Assembly (NCBI GenBank): GCA_016782645.1
Contig: JADHYC010000005.1
Span: 1 to 59,796 of the forward strand
Reading direction: 5' to 3'
DNA from: Fidelibacterota bacterium
GTDB taxonomy: Bacteria > Fidelibacterota > UBA2242
Length of the DNA stretch: 59,796 nucleotides
Position 1 is the first letter of the stretch; each line of letters starts with the position of its first letter. Both the position numbers and the translations under genes were made by a program. Shown here piece by piece: positions 20,822 to 30,703 of the stretch. Below the pieces are notes generated by a model, which ran no database searches, was not told the origin of the DNA, and saw only the letters and a program-made list of their open reading frames with translations.

Positions 20822-21484
20822 GTGAAGAAATTAAATGTAATTGATCTTGGAATCTGCTCTTATGGAATGGTCTGGGATATTCAGAAAAGCCTGCATACTA
20901 AACGAGTTAGTAAAGAGATACTGGATACATTAATTTTAGTCGAACATCCGCATGTTTATACGCTGGGAAAAAATGCTAATGCCTGGCATCTGATCGCCAC
21001 TCAGGATTATCTTAAATCCAGGGAGATTGAGATTTTTAAAGTAGACCGCGGTGGCGATATTACTTATCACGGACCAGGACAACTTGTAGGATACCCTATT
21101 TTTAATTTGAAAGACCACAAAGAGAGTATCTCATGGTATGTTCATTCCGTCGAGGAAGTGTTGATACAAATACTTACAGACTATGGTATAAAATCGGGTC
21201 GAGTAAAAGGAATGACCGGCGTTTGGGTTGGTGATAAAAAAATTGCTGCAATAGGTATGAGAGTTTCCCGGTGGGTGACTATGCATGGTTTTGCGCTTAA
21301 TGTTTTTACTGATCTTTCCCTGTACGATGGAATTATTCCTTGTGGAATAGTCAGTAGAGATATCACTCGAATGGTAGATCTAAACCCTGAAGTCAAATGG
21401 GATGGTGTCAAATCAGAAGTTGTTAATAAATTTGTTGAAGTGTTTGGTTTTAGCAAACCGCCAATAAACGCTAATATACGCTAA
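20822..21484 (+). CDS. lipB: Octanoyltransferase LipB
   Basis: EHPHVYTLG, DRGGDITYHGPGQ, KIAAIG, HGFALN, IIPCG; GTG 20822 preferred because ATG 20783 lies inside a repeat. Confidence 0.93.
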   Translation: MKKLNVIDLGICSYGMVWDIQKSLHTKRVSKEILDTLILVEHPHVYTLGKNANAWHLIATQDYLKSREIEIFKVDRGGDITYHGPGQLVGYPIFNLKDHKESISWYVHSVEEVLIQILTDYGIKSGRVKGMTGVWVGDKKIAAIGMRVSRWVTMHGFALNVFTDLSLYDGIIPCGIVSRDITRMVDLNPEVKWDGVKSEVVNKFVEVFGFSKPPINANIR

Positions 21485-21493
21485 AAAATATAT

Positions 21494-21660
21494 ATGACTA
21501 AATTATTAGAAAAAGATCTTGTCTTTGAAATTGTTGGATTTGCAATGACTGTTCACAAGGTAAAAAGTAGGATTAATAATAAACTTTAGATATCCGAAAC
21601 TATCTCAAGGAGATGTCTACGACACAATGGGAACGCATTATACTATATCCTGCAAGATAA
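21494..21660 (+). pseudogene. Internally deleted GxxExxY (PD-(D/E)XK-like) gene remnant
   Basis: N-terminal MTKLLEKDLVFEIVGFAMTVHK joined out of frame to C-terminal KVGLIINFRYPKL[22-nt insert]QWERIILYPAR*; flanked by inverted 9-mer arms at 21457-21484 and 21672-21700. Confidence 0.7.
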
Positions 21661-21698
21661 ATAAAAAAAATATTAGCGTACATTCGCGTTCACTCGCG

Positions 21699-22556
21699 GT
21701 GAAAAGAAAACCTGAATGGCTTAGAGTCAAATTCACTGTTGGTGAGAATTTTAAAGATATTCGTAGCATAGTTCATAAATACCATCTTCACACGGTTTGC
21801 GAAGAGGCACGCTGCCCGAACCAGAGTGAATGCTGGGAACGAAGAGCTGCTACTTTGATGATATTGGGTGATACTTGTACCCGCAACTGCCAATTCTGTG
21901 CAGTAAATTCAGGGAATCCAAGTCCCATAGATAAAGACGAACCCAAAAATGTCGGACATGCTGTAAAATTAATGGGGCTGAAATATTGCGTGGTTACTTC
22001 AGTAACGAGAGATGATCTTAATGATGGTGGTTCTGAAATTTGGGCAGAAACGATTAGTGAGATTAAAAGGCAAAATCCCGATTGCAAAGTTGAAGTGCTA
22101 ATACCCGATTTTAAGGGGAATAATGATGCGTTAGAAATTGTTCTAAATGCAAAACCGGATATTATGGGACATAATCTTGAAACGGTAAAAGAGTTGTATC
22201 CTGTTGCCAGACCGCAAGCGAATTACGAGCAATCGCTTCGGGTATTGTTGGAGGTAAAAAAAAGAGCTGCGATCACGAAAACCGGTATTATGGTAGGACT
22301 TGGTGAAACTAAAGAACAGGTTCTTGAACTGATGCAAGACGCCCGGTCGGTGGATTGTGATATTTTTACTGCCGGACAATATTTGCAGCCCACTAAAAAT
22401 CACTTACCTATTCATCGCTATGTTTATCCTGATGAATTTGAATTTTATAAAACTGAAGGAATAAGATTAGGATTTCGTGCTGTGATGTCAGGACCTCTGG
22501 TAAGAAGTTCATATCATGCGGATGAGCAGATGTATCCCCTCACCTTAAGTACTTAA
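21699..22556 (+). CDS. lipA: Lipoyl synthase
   Basis: KPEWLR, TVCEEARCPN..EC, CTRNCQFC, VRSSYHA; GTG 21699 is the likely start (the ORF track starts at 21627, inside the GxxExxY remnant). Confidence 0.95.
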   Translation: MKRKPEWLRVKFTVGENFKDIRSIVHKYHLHTVCEEARCPNQSECWERRAATLMILGDTCTRNCQFCAVNSGNPSPIDKDEPKNVGHAVKLMGLKYCVVTSVTRDDLNDGGSEIWAETISEIKRQNPDCKVEVLIPDFKGNNDALEIVLNAKPDIMGHNLETVKELYPVARPQANYEQSLRVLLEVKKRAAITKTGIMVGLGETKEQVLELMQDARSVDCDIFTAGQYLQPTKNHLPIHRYVYPDEFEFYKTEGIRLGFRAVMSGPLVRSSYHADEQMYPLTLST

Positions 22557-23889
22557 CCCTATCAAATTAAATTTCCTCTTAATAGAAATCTTCTTAAAAC
22601 AGGATCAATTGTGTGATATATTGAATTTGTTTTCTCTATCAGAAATGAAGATGTCAATGCGTCAATAATATTTTTTAAAGTTGCATCATTGATTGTTTTT
22701 CCAGTGACTGCTTTCACCGATCCTTTTAAATCAGCCCATGTTGATTGTGCAGCAACTGCTCTTAAAATCGTCATATGCAATTTTGAGTTTCTTCCTTCTA
22801 AATAGTGTTTTATTACACTTCTTTGAATTTTGAAGGCTTCCTTTTCTACGTATTTCAGTGCATCTTCATGTGAGAGCCTTGATATTACAACAGCGTTTCC
22901 ATATAAGGTTAACCATCCCGGGATACCATTAAATTTATCTACGACCTCGTCACAGTCTTTTTCTAAAATTCTTAAGTTGTTTTCAGAGAAACCAGCAATT
23001 AGAAAATTACTTGAAACATCTCTTATAAATGGTCTTATACTAATTCTTGCCGGGCTTCTACCATAGAGAGGTGAGTCAAACCTAGGTTCAAGTAAAGATT
23101 TCACAAGTCCAAAGTAACTACCTGTAAAGCAGAATGTTATATTTGGCAGGGTTGCAAAAATATTTGCAAGAAGTTTCACTAAGTGAGCTGTCACATACTG
23201 AAGCTCTTGAACTTCATCAAGCATTATAACAAGTTCATCAATATTATTTCCTAAAACAGAAAGGATTTCCGACGTCAATGACAATGGTTCTTTTCGCTTC
23301 TCAATTGTGATTCCTAGTGGACCAACTTGAATTCCATTTATTTGATTGAAATATCTTTTAAATTTTTTTACCGGATTTAAGGAGTCATTTATTGCATAAA
23401 CAATTCCACCAAGAAGTCCTTTTATTGAAGACACCCCCCATAGATTTATGTAAAGAACTGGAATTTTCTTCTGTTCAATTTTACTCTTACCTGCTTTTAG
23501 CAGACTAGTTTTGCCCACCATGCGTGTGCCAAGAATGGCTATCCATCTTCTATTTTCTATATGGTTTATCAAGTGACTAAGATCATCATCTCGTCCATAT
23601 AGAGAATCAATAGTTTCTTTTGGATGTATATCGAAGAGCATAAATTGACCCCCTTAAGTACTTAACCCTGTCGCTAATGTAAATTAATGCAAATAAGAAT
23701 AATTTTTCGGATTTCATAATATTTACTGTACATTGCAAATTCCCTCACATTCACTATAATTTACAAGTTATTTTTAAAATCGTTAATTAAAATTTACGAT
23801 AGTAGTATTTGAAAAGCCATCCAAGTGTATGAAATCCGAAAGGTTTAAGAAAAGTGACCCCCTTAAGTACTTAACCCTGTCAAATTAAA
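22543..23889. repeat. Three direct copies of CCTTAAGTACTTAACCCTRTC around the ATPase gene
   Basis: Copies at 22543-22571, 23646-23672 and 23855-23889; core TTAAGTACTTAA is a perfect palindrome. Confidence 0.9.
22562..23641 (-). CDS. Archaeal-type P-loop ATPase (ATPase_2-like) with C-terminal winged-helix
   Basis: MLFDIHPK..LYGR, Walker A GTRMVGKTS, Walker B IMLDEVQ, FTGS, PLYGR, GIPGWL, C-terminal IDPVLR. Confidence 0.85.
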   Translation of the reverse strand: MLFDIHPKETIDSLYGRDDDLSHLINHIENRRWIAILGTRMVGKTSLLKAGKSKIEQKKIPVLYINLWGVSSIKGLLGGIVYAINDSLNPVKKFKRYFNQINGIQVGPLGITIEKRKEPLSLTSEILSVLGNNIDELVIMLDEVQELQYVTAHLVKLLANIFATLPNITFCFTGSYFGLVKSLLEPRFDSPLYGRSPARISIRPFIRDVSSNFLIAGFSENNLRILEKDCDEVVDKFNGIPGWLTLYGNAVVISRLSHEDALKYVEKEAFKIQRSVIKHYLEGRNSKLHMTILRAVAAQSTWADLKGSVKAVTGKTINDATLKNIIDALTSSFLIEKTNSIYHTIDPVLRRFLLRGNLI

Positions 23890-24024
23890 CTGTCAATCCA
23901 AACAAACCCATTTCTCCCAGTGGGAAGCCTGTGGCTTCGCTTAAAGTAGGTTTTGAATAATTTCCTCTCTTTGGAATTGACCAACCTCTTTTATAAATTC
24001 CTTCGGTTTTTACGAAAGGGAAAG

Positions 24025-25464
24025 ATGGCATTTTTAGAATTACTTTTTCCGGATAATGATCCCATAACAAAAATCTTGCGGCGGATTGCTAATATTGCAG
24101 GCCGTGTAGGTATAGAAGTATATCTTGTTGGTGGTGTGATCCGGGACAGGATACTTGGCTATCCAACGAAAGACATTGATATAATGGTGATTGGGAACGG
24201 AATAGAGTTCGCCAGGCAAATTGCACACTCTTTCCGTCTGAAAAAAGTTCTTGAGTACCCAAAATTCGGTACGGCAATGATACCGTATCACGATATTATC
24301 ATAGAAGTAGCTACTGCACGCTCAGAGAAATATGATAGCAATTCTAGAAAACCAAGGGTCAGTGAGAGTGACTTGATGCAAGATCTTGCTCGCAGGGATT
24401 TTACAATAAACGCACTTGCAATGTCACTGAACAACGAGACACTTTTTCAACTAATGGATTATTTTGAGGGATTAAAAGACCTTGATGCGGGAATAATTCG
24501 CACACCGCTGGATCCCGTAAAGACTTTCTCAGAAGATCCTTTACGAATACTCAGGGCAATTCGTTTTGCCACGCGACATGGATTTAAGATTGAGGATAAA
24601 ACTTTCCGTGCCATTTCCAGAGTAAAAGAGCGAATGGAGATTGTATCACAGGAGCGGATTACTGATGAATTGATAAAAATTCTTAATGTTTCAAATAATC
24701 CTTCGAGAGGTTTTTACTTGATGAAAGAATCCGGTCTACTCAATATTATATTGCCGGAGATTGTAGTTATGGATGGTGTGGATCAGCGTAATGGATTTCA
24801 TCACAAAGATGTGTTTCAACATACACTTCAGGTTATAGATAATGTTAGTAGAGTTTCGAGCAAATTTGAGCTCCGTTTTACAGCGCTGGTACATGATATT
24901 GCGAAACCATTAACAAAAAAGTATATAGATGGTAAAGGTTGGACTTTTCATGGACATGAGGAATTGGGCGCAAAAATGATAAAGCAGTTTTGCAAGCGCC
25001 TGAAGATGTCGAACAAAATCATGGAATATGCAATGAAGTTAACAAGACTTCATCTTCGCCCTATTGCTATAGCAGTTGAAGGAGTAACGGATAGTGCAGT
25101 TCGCCGCCTTATAGTTGAAGCTGGAGATGATGTTGAGGATCTCGTCAAATTATGTCGTGCTGATATAACCTCTAAGAATCCGCGTAAAATTACAGAATAT
25201 ATGAATAACTTTGACCGTGTTGTTAATCGGATTGTTGAAGTTCAGAAAAAAGACAAATTAAGAGCATTTCAATCACCTATTCGAGGTGATGAAATTATGA
25301 TGTACTGCGGTCTCAAGCCTGGTCCTCAAGTTGGCTATATTAAAAAAGCCATAGAAGAAGCAATACTTCAGGGTGAAATTTCGAACACCTACAATAATGC
25401 CAAAGAATATTTAGAAGAAAATAAAGATCGACTTCTCAAAGAAAGTCAAGAAAAGTTTAACTGA
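24025..25464 (+). CDS. cca: CCA tRNA nucleotidyltransferase with HD domain
   Basis: LVGGVIRD, DIDI, DLARRDFTINA, EDPLRILRAIRFA, HHKDVFQH, LVHDIAKP. Confidence 0.92.
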   Translation: MAFLELLFPDNDPITKILRRIANIAGRVGIEVYLVGGVIRDRILGYPTKDIDIMVIGNGIEFARQIAHSFRLKKVLEYPKFGTAMIPYHDIIIEVATARSEKYDSNSRKPRVSESDLMQDLARRDFTINALAMSLNNETLFQLMDYFEGLKDLDAGIIRTPLDPVKTFSEDPLRILRAIRFATRHGFKIEDKTFRAISRVKERMEIVSQERITDELIKILNVSNNPSRGFYLMKESGLLNIILPEIVVMDGVDQRNGFHHKDVFQHTLQVIDNVSRVSSKFELRFTALVHDIAKPLTKKYIDGKGWTFHGHEELGAKMIKQFCKRLKMSNKIMEYAMKLTRLHLRPIAIAVEGVTDSAVRRLIVEAGDDVEDLVKLCRADITSKNPRKITEYMNNFDRVVNRIVEVQKKDKLRAFQSPIRGDEIMMYCGLKPGPQVGYIKKAIEEAILQGEISNTYNNAKEYLEENKDRLLKESQEKFN

Positions 25465-25523
25465 TATGACAACTTTTATTTTATTGTCTAATCTAATTCA
25501 CTTGTTGGAAAGAAAGGAGAACT

Positions 25524-26219
25524 ATGACTGAAGCAATTGAAAAATCAGTTTTTGCAAAACTCATTTCGGTTTTTTGGGAGCCGTCAGCAACTTTTAAGTC
25601 CCTTAAAATCAAAACTCAATGGTTTGATATTGTTCTTCCGATACTATTAGTGGCTTTAGTATCGATTATTTCGATTCCGTATGTAACTCCAATAGCTATT
25701 GAACAACAGAAAGTGAGAATAGAAAAAAGTGAACGATTGTCCGATGAGCAGAAAGAGATGGCATTTGAGCGGATAGATAAACAAGCCGGATCAATTATCC
25801 CATATGTAAGCACTCCAATATCTATAGCTATAAAGTGTGTAATTATTGCACTGGTAATGTGGTTTGCCGGGAATTTTCTTCTGGGAGGAGAGTCAAAGTT
25901 TGTACCTGTCTTTGCGATGACTACCTATGCATGTCTGATTGATATTATCGCTATTGTAGTAAAAGTACCATTAATGGTTTCTCAGCAAACAATGAAAGTA
26001 TATACAAGTCTGGCTCTGTTTTTTGAGGAGAGCTCGACTTTCCTATTTCGTTTTATGGCAACTTTAGACATTTTTGCATTATGGAAAGTTATACTCTTAA
26101 GTATTGGGCTTGGCGTAATCTATGATCTCAAAACAGCAAAGGCTTTTTGGGTAGTTTTATTGCTGTGGCTTGGCTATTGTGTTATGGCATCATTATTGGG
26201 CGGTTTAGTTAAAATATAA
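25524..26219 (+). CDS. Yip1-family membrane protein (YknW-like)
   Basis: VFWEPSATF N-terminal motif, about 5 TM helices; first gene of the exporter operon. Confidence 0.8.
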   Translation: MTEAIEKSVFAKLISVFWEPSATFKSLKIKTQWFDIVLPILLVALVSIISIPYVTPIAIEQQKVRIEKSERLSDEQKEMAFERIDKQAGSIIPYVSTPISIAIKCVIIALVMWFAGNFLLGGESKFVPVFAMTTYACLIDIIAIVVKVPLMVSQQTMKVYTSLALFFEESSTFLFRFMATLDIFALWKVILLSIGLGVIYDLKTAKAFWVVLLLWLGYCVMASLLGGLVKI

Positions 26220-26236
26220 ATAACAGGATAATAAAA

Positions 26237-27553
26237 ATGCGAAAAGTTCTTATAACCATTTTATTCATTATTTCAATTGCTATATCGGGGGAGAAAAAAT
26301 TAACTCTTGGTGATTGTATTCAGATAGCGCTTGAAAAAAATCCAGAAATGAGTATTGCAAACAAGCAGTTAAAGGCTGTACAAGAGGGAGTTAAGGCCTC
26401 TTATGGAGGAACTCAAAATACAGGTGGTATTCTACCGTATATATCAACTAATTATTCAGTAAGACAGGATATATTAGGTCCGACTGATATGCCACGTGTC
26501 ACTGGGCAACAAGTAATTGGCGGTGATACTACAACATATTATTATAATGCTAACATAAATTTACATCAAAATATTTATGATGGTGGTAAGTGGTGGAACA
26601 GTATTAAACTGGCAAAGAATACGTATAAAGGGGCTGTTGTTGATAGAGACCTGACTCGACAATTAATGATAGTGAATGTTACTGAAAAATTTTACGATGT
26701 CTTGAAGGCTCAGGAGTTATTAAAGGTTTATAGTAAATCGCTTGAAAATAGCCAGGAGCAGTTAAAGAAAACCAGAGAACTGCATAGAATTGGGCAGGTT
26801 GCAAAAAAGGACCTTTTTAAAGCACAAGTACGTGAAGGAAATGACAGGCTTAATGTTATTCAACAAAAATCGATGCTTAAATCCGCAATATCGGATTTAA
26901 GTATTGCAATGGGTTTGGCTCCAAATGAACATTTGGAAGTTTATGAAAAGACATACCAAAAACCTGAAAGCATTGATCCCGGAACTGCTGAGCGGCGAGC
27001 CTTTGAAAATAACCTGGAGCTTAATTCACTAACTGCTCAGAAGCAGTCAGCCTTTTTAAATTACAAAATTGCAAAAGGTGACAGATATCCTACTTTGTCC
27101 TCCTCGTTTTCTTATTCTCGTGGTGGTTCAGAATTATCAAGGACCTACTCGGAGTTGGATAAATGGTGGAATACCTCTTTAAATTTGAATTTAAGTTACC
27201 CATTATTTGATGGTTTTCGAAGGAAGACAAATATCCAACAGAAGTTATTGAACTACAAAATTTATAATGATCAAATAGAAAAAAAGAAAATGGATATTCA
27301 GAATCTTGTTCAAAACTTGCTTCTTGCTCTGGAAACATACAAGGAGATGATAGAAATAAATGAGCTGAATATCCAATCAGCACAGGAGGATCTACGCTTG
27401 GCGCAGGAAATGTATCGTTTAAATTCTGCAACACTTTTGGAAGTTTTAGATGCACAGGTGGAATTGACCCGCGCTCGTGGAAACCTGGTTACAACTAAAT
27501 ACGATGCAAAAATTGCAGAGGTTCAATTGGCTTTAGTTATGGGGATCCTATAA
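26237..27553 (+). CDS. TolC-family outer membrane efflux protein
   Basis: LTLGDCIQIALEKNP, LSYPLFDG, ATLLEVLDAQ. Confidence 0.92.
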   Translation: MRKVLITILFIISIAISGEKKLTLGDCIQIALEKNPEMSIANKQLKAVQEGVKASYGGTQNTGGILPYISTNYSVRQDILGPTDMPRVTGQQVIGGDTTTYYYNANINLHQNIYDGGKWWNSIKLAKNTYKGAVVDRDLTRQLMIVNVTEKFYDVLKAQELLKVYSKSLENSQEQLKKTRELHRIGQVAKKDLFKAQVREGNDRLNVIQQKSMLKSAISDLSIAMGLAPNEHLEVYEKTYQKPESIDPGTAERRAFENNLELNSLTAQKQSAFLNYKIAKGDRYPTLSSSFSYSRGGSELSRTYSELDKWWNTSLNLNLSYPLFDGFRRKTNIQQKLLNYKIYNDQIEKKKMDIQNLVQNLLLALETYKEMIEINELNIQSAQEDLRLAQEMYRLNSATLLEVLDAQVELTRARGNLVTTKYDAKIAEVQLALVMGIL

Positions 27554-27574
27554 AAAATAGTTGAGGTTATTATA

Positions 27575-28870
27575 ATGAAGAAAAAAAATAGGAAGAAAAT
27601 TGTAATCCTGATAGTTGTGTTCATTATTATTGGTATTTTTATTGTATTTAATTCTATAAAGGATAAAGAGAAGCCCATTCCTGTGCAGACAGATAAAGTC
27701 ATACGGGATAGAATAGTCCAAACTGTAAACGCTTCGGGTTCTCTTATTCCTATAACTCAGGTAAAAATTAGTGCTAATGTTAGTGCCAGAATTATAAATA
27801 TTGCTATTAAGGAGGGTGATACTGTCAAGCAGGGTGATCTTTTAGTGGAACTTGATAGAACTCAATATGAAGCTGCTTATGAAAGAGCACTTTCAGTTGT
27901 AGGCTCAAATAAAGCGAACAGGAAAAAGGTAAAAAGTGATTTAAAGAGGATTAAAGCTCTCTATGATAATGATCTAACTTCTGAAGCAGAATTGGAAGCC
28001 GCAATTGCGCAGAATGAGCTTGCTATGAGCCAGGTGGTTCAATCAGAGGCAATGCTCAAGCAGGCGCTTGATGATCTTAATAAAACTCGCATTGAAGCTC
28101 CAATGGACGGCATCGTTACGAGTCTCCGGAAGGAAATAGGGGAGATAGCTCTTGGGTCTGTATTTCAGGAGGATGTAATATTAGTCATTTCCGATATGTC
28201 TAAAATGAAAGTCAAAGTAGAAGTGGATGAAACCGATGTGGTTAATGTTAATATTGGCGATACATCAAATATTGAAATTGATGCTATCCCCGATACTGTT
28301 TTTAAGGGTGTAGTATCAGAAATTGCACACAGTGCAACAACACGTGGACTTGGCACACAAGAACAGGTTACAAATTTTGAGGTTGAAATCTCTGTTATCG
28401 GTCAGGACTTTCGCTTCCGCCCGGGTATGTCTTCAACCGTTGATATTATCACCGAACTTCGAGATAGCGCTATTGTCGTTCCTATTCAATCATTAACGGT
28501 ACGTAAACCTGAAATATTGGAGGGTGAAGATAAGTCTGGGGAAGGAGAAAAGCCCGAAGTTCGACGCTCAACTGAAAAAAAAGTTACTTTAGAAAAGGGA
28601 AAAAGTGAAGAAGTAGTATTTATAGTAAAACATCCGATTAGTGAAGATAATCCTAAAAAGACATTTTTAAAAAAGAAAGCAGATCCGAGAGCTGAACAAC
28701 GAGCTGTAAAAATAGGTATTAGTAGTGATACGCATTTTGAAATAATAAAGGGCTTGGAAGAGGGTGAAGAAATTGTAGTTGGAAGTTATAAGGCAATTAG
28801 TAAAGAATTAGAGGACGATTCTTCACTTAAGATAACGAAAAAAAGCAAAGAGAAGGGGAAAAGAAAATGA
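27575..28870 (+). CDS. Periplasmic adaptor (MacA-like membrane fusion protein)
   Basis: IKEGDTVKQGDLLVEL, IEAPMDG, VDETDV, RPGMS. Confidence 0.92.
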   Translation: MKKKNRKKIVILIVVFIIIGIFIVFNSIKDKEKPIPVQTDKVIRDRIVQTVNASGSLIPITQVKISANVSARIINIAIKEGDTVKQGDLLVELDRTQYEAAYERALSVVGSNKANRKKVKSDLKRIKALYDNDLTSEAELEAAIAQNELAMSQVVQSEAMLKQALDDLNKTRIEAPMDGIVTSLRKEIGEIALGSVFQEDVILVISDMSKMKVKVEVDETDVVNVNIGDTSNIEIDAIPDTVFKGVVSEIAHSATTRGLGTQEQVTNFEVEISVIGQDFRFRPGMSSTVDIITELRDSAIVVPIQSLTVRKPEILEGEDKSGEGEKPEVRRSTEKKVTLEKGKSEEVVFIVKHPISEDNPKKTFLKKKADPRAEQRAVKIGISSDTHFEIIKGLEEGEEIVVGSYKAISKELEDDSSLKITKKSKEKGKRK

Positions 28871-29859
28871 AACGAATCTTATCATTAATATTGATACTAA
28901 TAGTCGGAGCGTTTTTGTTTGCAAGTGATAATAATGATGGAGCTAATTTTTCTGAAAAGTTATTTGCACAATTAGAACAAGACAAATTAACAGTCACTGG
29001 TGAGGATGTTGAACCGGAAATTACTAAAGAGCAAGATCAAGACACTTTGGTTACAGATGAAAAAGAGGAAGAAGAGTGGGAAGAAGAAGAGTATGGTATG
29101 ACTTTATGGGATTTTTTATCAAAGGCTTCTGATTCATATGTAGAGAAATTTTTAGAGGATTCGGATTTTAACCGCCGTGGCTATAAACAAGAGAAGCGAA
29201 AACGCGGCTATTTTAGATTTGGCGCTGGCGGTTGGGATGCTTATATGCTGCCTCTGAATGTAGATAATATTAATTCCAAGCTCTCTGGTGTAGTTCAGAT
29301 TGATGAATTTGATAGTGAGATGTTTCTAAATGGTGGCGGAGGCTGGGGATATCTGAGTAAAAAACTAAGAGTAGGTGGAATTGGATTCAGTGGAGCAGTT
29401 GTTTCGGATGGTCAGAAAGATGATATTGGAAAGGAAGTCACGCTCAGGATAAGTTCTGGAGGAGTTACCATTGACAGAGTTTTTCACCCGTTGAACAAAT
29501 CGGAAATTTATGTAGGGGCAATGATCGGTGGTGGAACCGCTTCGCTAAAATTCGTTCAGTGGACAGGTCCGTTGAAATGGAAAAAACTGTGGGACGATGG
29601 TTATAGTAAAACTGATACAACCGGGCACGATTTTTATGATTATAAGACGGAGATAAAAAGCCGTTTCATTACTTTAGTTCCAACGATAGGTGTTAGATAT
29701 AACATTTTACGATGGTGTGCGATCGGTGCAAATGTAGGATATCTTTATACTATGATTGATAACGATGGCTGGAAAATGGGTGGCAAGCGAGTTAACGATG
29801 TTCCTAAAATTGATTTTTCAAACATTTTTTATCGTGTTAATATCTATTTTGGCGGATAG
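28867..29859 (+). CDS. Hypothetical secreted protein, probable outer-membrane beta-barrel (paralog 1), with acidic N-terminal extension
   Basis: Signal peptide, Gly/aromatic amphipathic strands, ends RVNIYFGG. Confidence 0.6.
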   Translation: MKRILSLILILIVGAFLFASDNNDGANFSEKLFAQLEQDKLTVTGEDVEPEITKEQDQDTLVTDEKEEEEWEEEEYGMTLWDFLSKASDSYVEKFLEDSDFNRRGYKQEKRKRGYFRFGAGGWDAYMLPLNVDNINSKLSGVVQIDEFDSEMFLNGGGGWGYLSKKLRVGGIGFSGAVVSDGQKDDIGKEVTLRISSGGVTIDRVFHPLNKSEIYVGAMIGGGTASLKFVQWTGPLKWKKLWDDGYSKTDTTGHDFYDYKTEIKSRFITLVPTIGVRYNILRWCAIGANVGYLYTMIDNDGWKMGGKRVNDVPKIDFSNIFYRVNIYFGG

Positions 29860-29944
29860 TAGATTGTATTAAACAATTACATAATGTTTATTATTAGGCT
29901 ATATGCTCTTAAAGAGCTATTGGTCAAGGAGAAAGGAGAATGAA

Positions 29945-30703
29945 ATGAAAAGAAGTATATCTGTTCTATTGATTTTATTGATAGGAAGCTCTCTGTTTGC
30001 TTTCGATAAAGATGATGACTGGAAAAGCAGGCGGAAACGCGGATTTTTCAGAGGTGGTGCTGGTGGATTTGATGTCTATATGCTGCCACTAAAAGTTGGT
30101 GCGGTTAACACTAAACTTAGTGACGTTATCGGAATTGGAGAATTCAATGATAATATGTTCCTCACCGGCGGTGGTGGTTGGGGATATGTAGGTAAAAGTA
30201 TCAGAATAGGTGGTATGGGTTTTGGTGGATTTGCTGTTTCTGAAGGCGCCCCTGATCCCGGTCAAATTCAAAAGGAAATCACTCTCAGTTTAGGTTTTGG
30301 CGGATTTCTAATTGAAAAATCATTCCACCCGTTTAATAATTCAGAAATTTACTTTGGAACGATGATAGGGGGTGGATCGGCTTCACTTGAATTAATACAG
30401 TGGAGTGGACCCTCAAGCTGGAATGATGTATGGAAGGGTTATTCAATTGATACAATTATTGATACCACGAATAACTATTATGATTATAAGATAGAATTGC
30501 AAAGCGAATTTTTCGCGTTAATGCCGACAATAGGTTTCCGGTATAATATCTTTCGCTGGTGTGCAGTAGGTGTTAATGTTGGTTATTTGTATACGCATAT
30601 GGACCAGAGGGGATGGAAGTCGGAAGGTAGAAGGATTAGTAATGTTCCTAAGATAGATTTCTCTAATACAGTTTACCGGTTTAATGTCTATTTCGGTGGA
30701 TAA
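29945..30703 (+). CDS. Hypothetical secreted protein, probable outer-membrane beta-barrel (paralog 2)
   Basis: Clear similarity to 28867-29859 ([37 protein letters not shown]); ends RFNVYFGG; ATG 29945 follows AAGGAG. Confidence 0.6.
   Translation: MKRSISVLLILLIGSSLFAFDKDDDWKSRRKRGFFRGGAGGFDVYMLPLKVGAVNTKLSDVIGIGEFNDNMFLTGGGGWGYVGKSIRIGGMGFGGFAVSEGAPDPGQIQKEITLSLGFGGFLIEKSFHPFNNSEIYFGTMIGGGSASLELIQWSGPSSWNDVWKGYSIDTIIDTTNNYYDYKIELQSEFFALMPTIGFRYNIFRWCAVGVNVGYLYTHMDQRGWKSEGRRISNVPKIDFSNTVYRFNVYFGG

Noticed and set aside
22543-23889. Direct repeats read as a CRISPR array
   Set aside because: Only three copies, with spacers of about 1.1 kb and 180 bp, and no cas genes.
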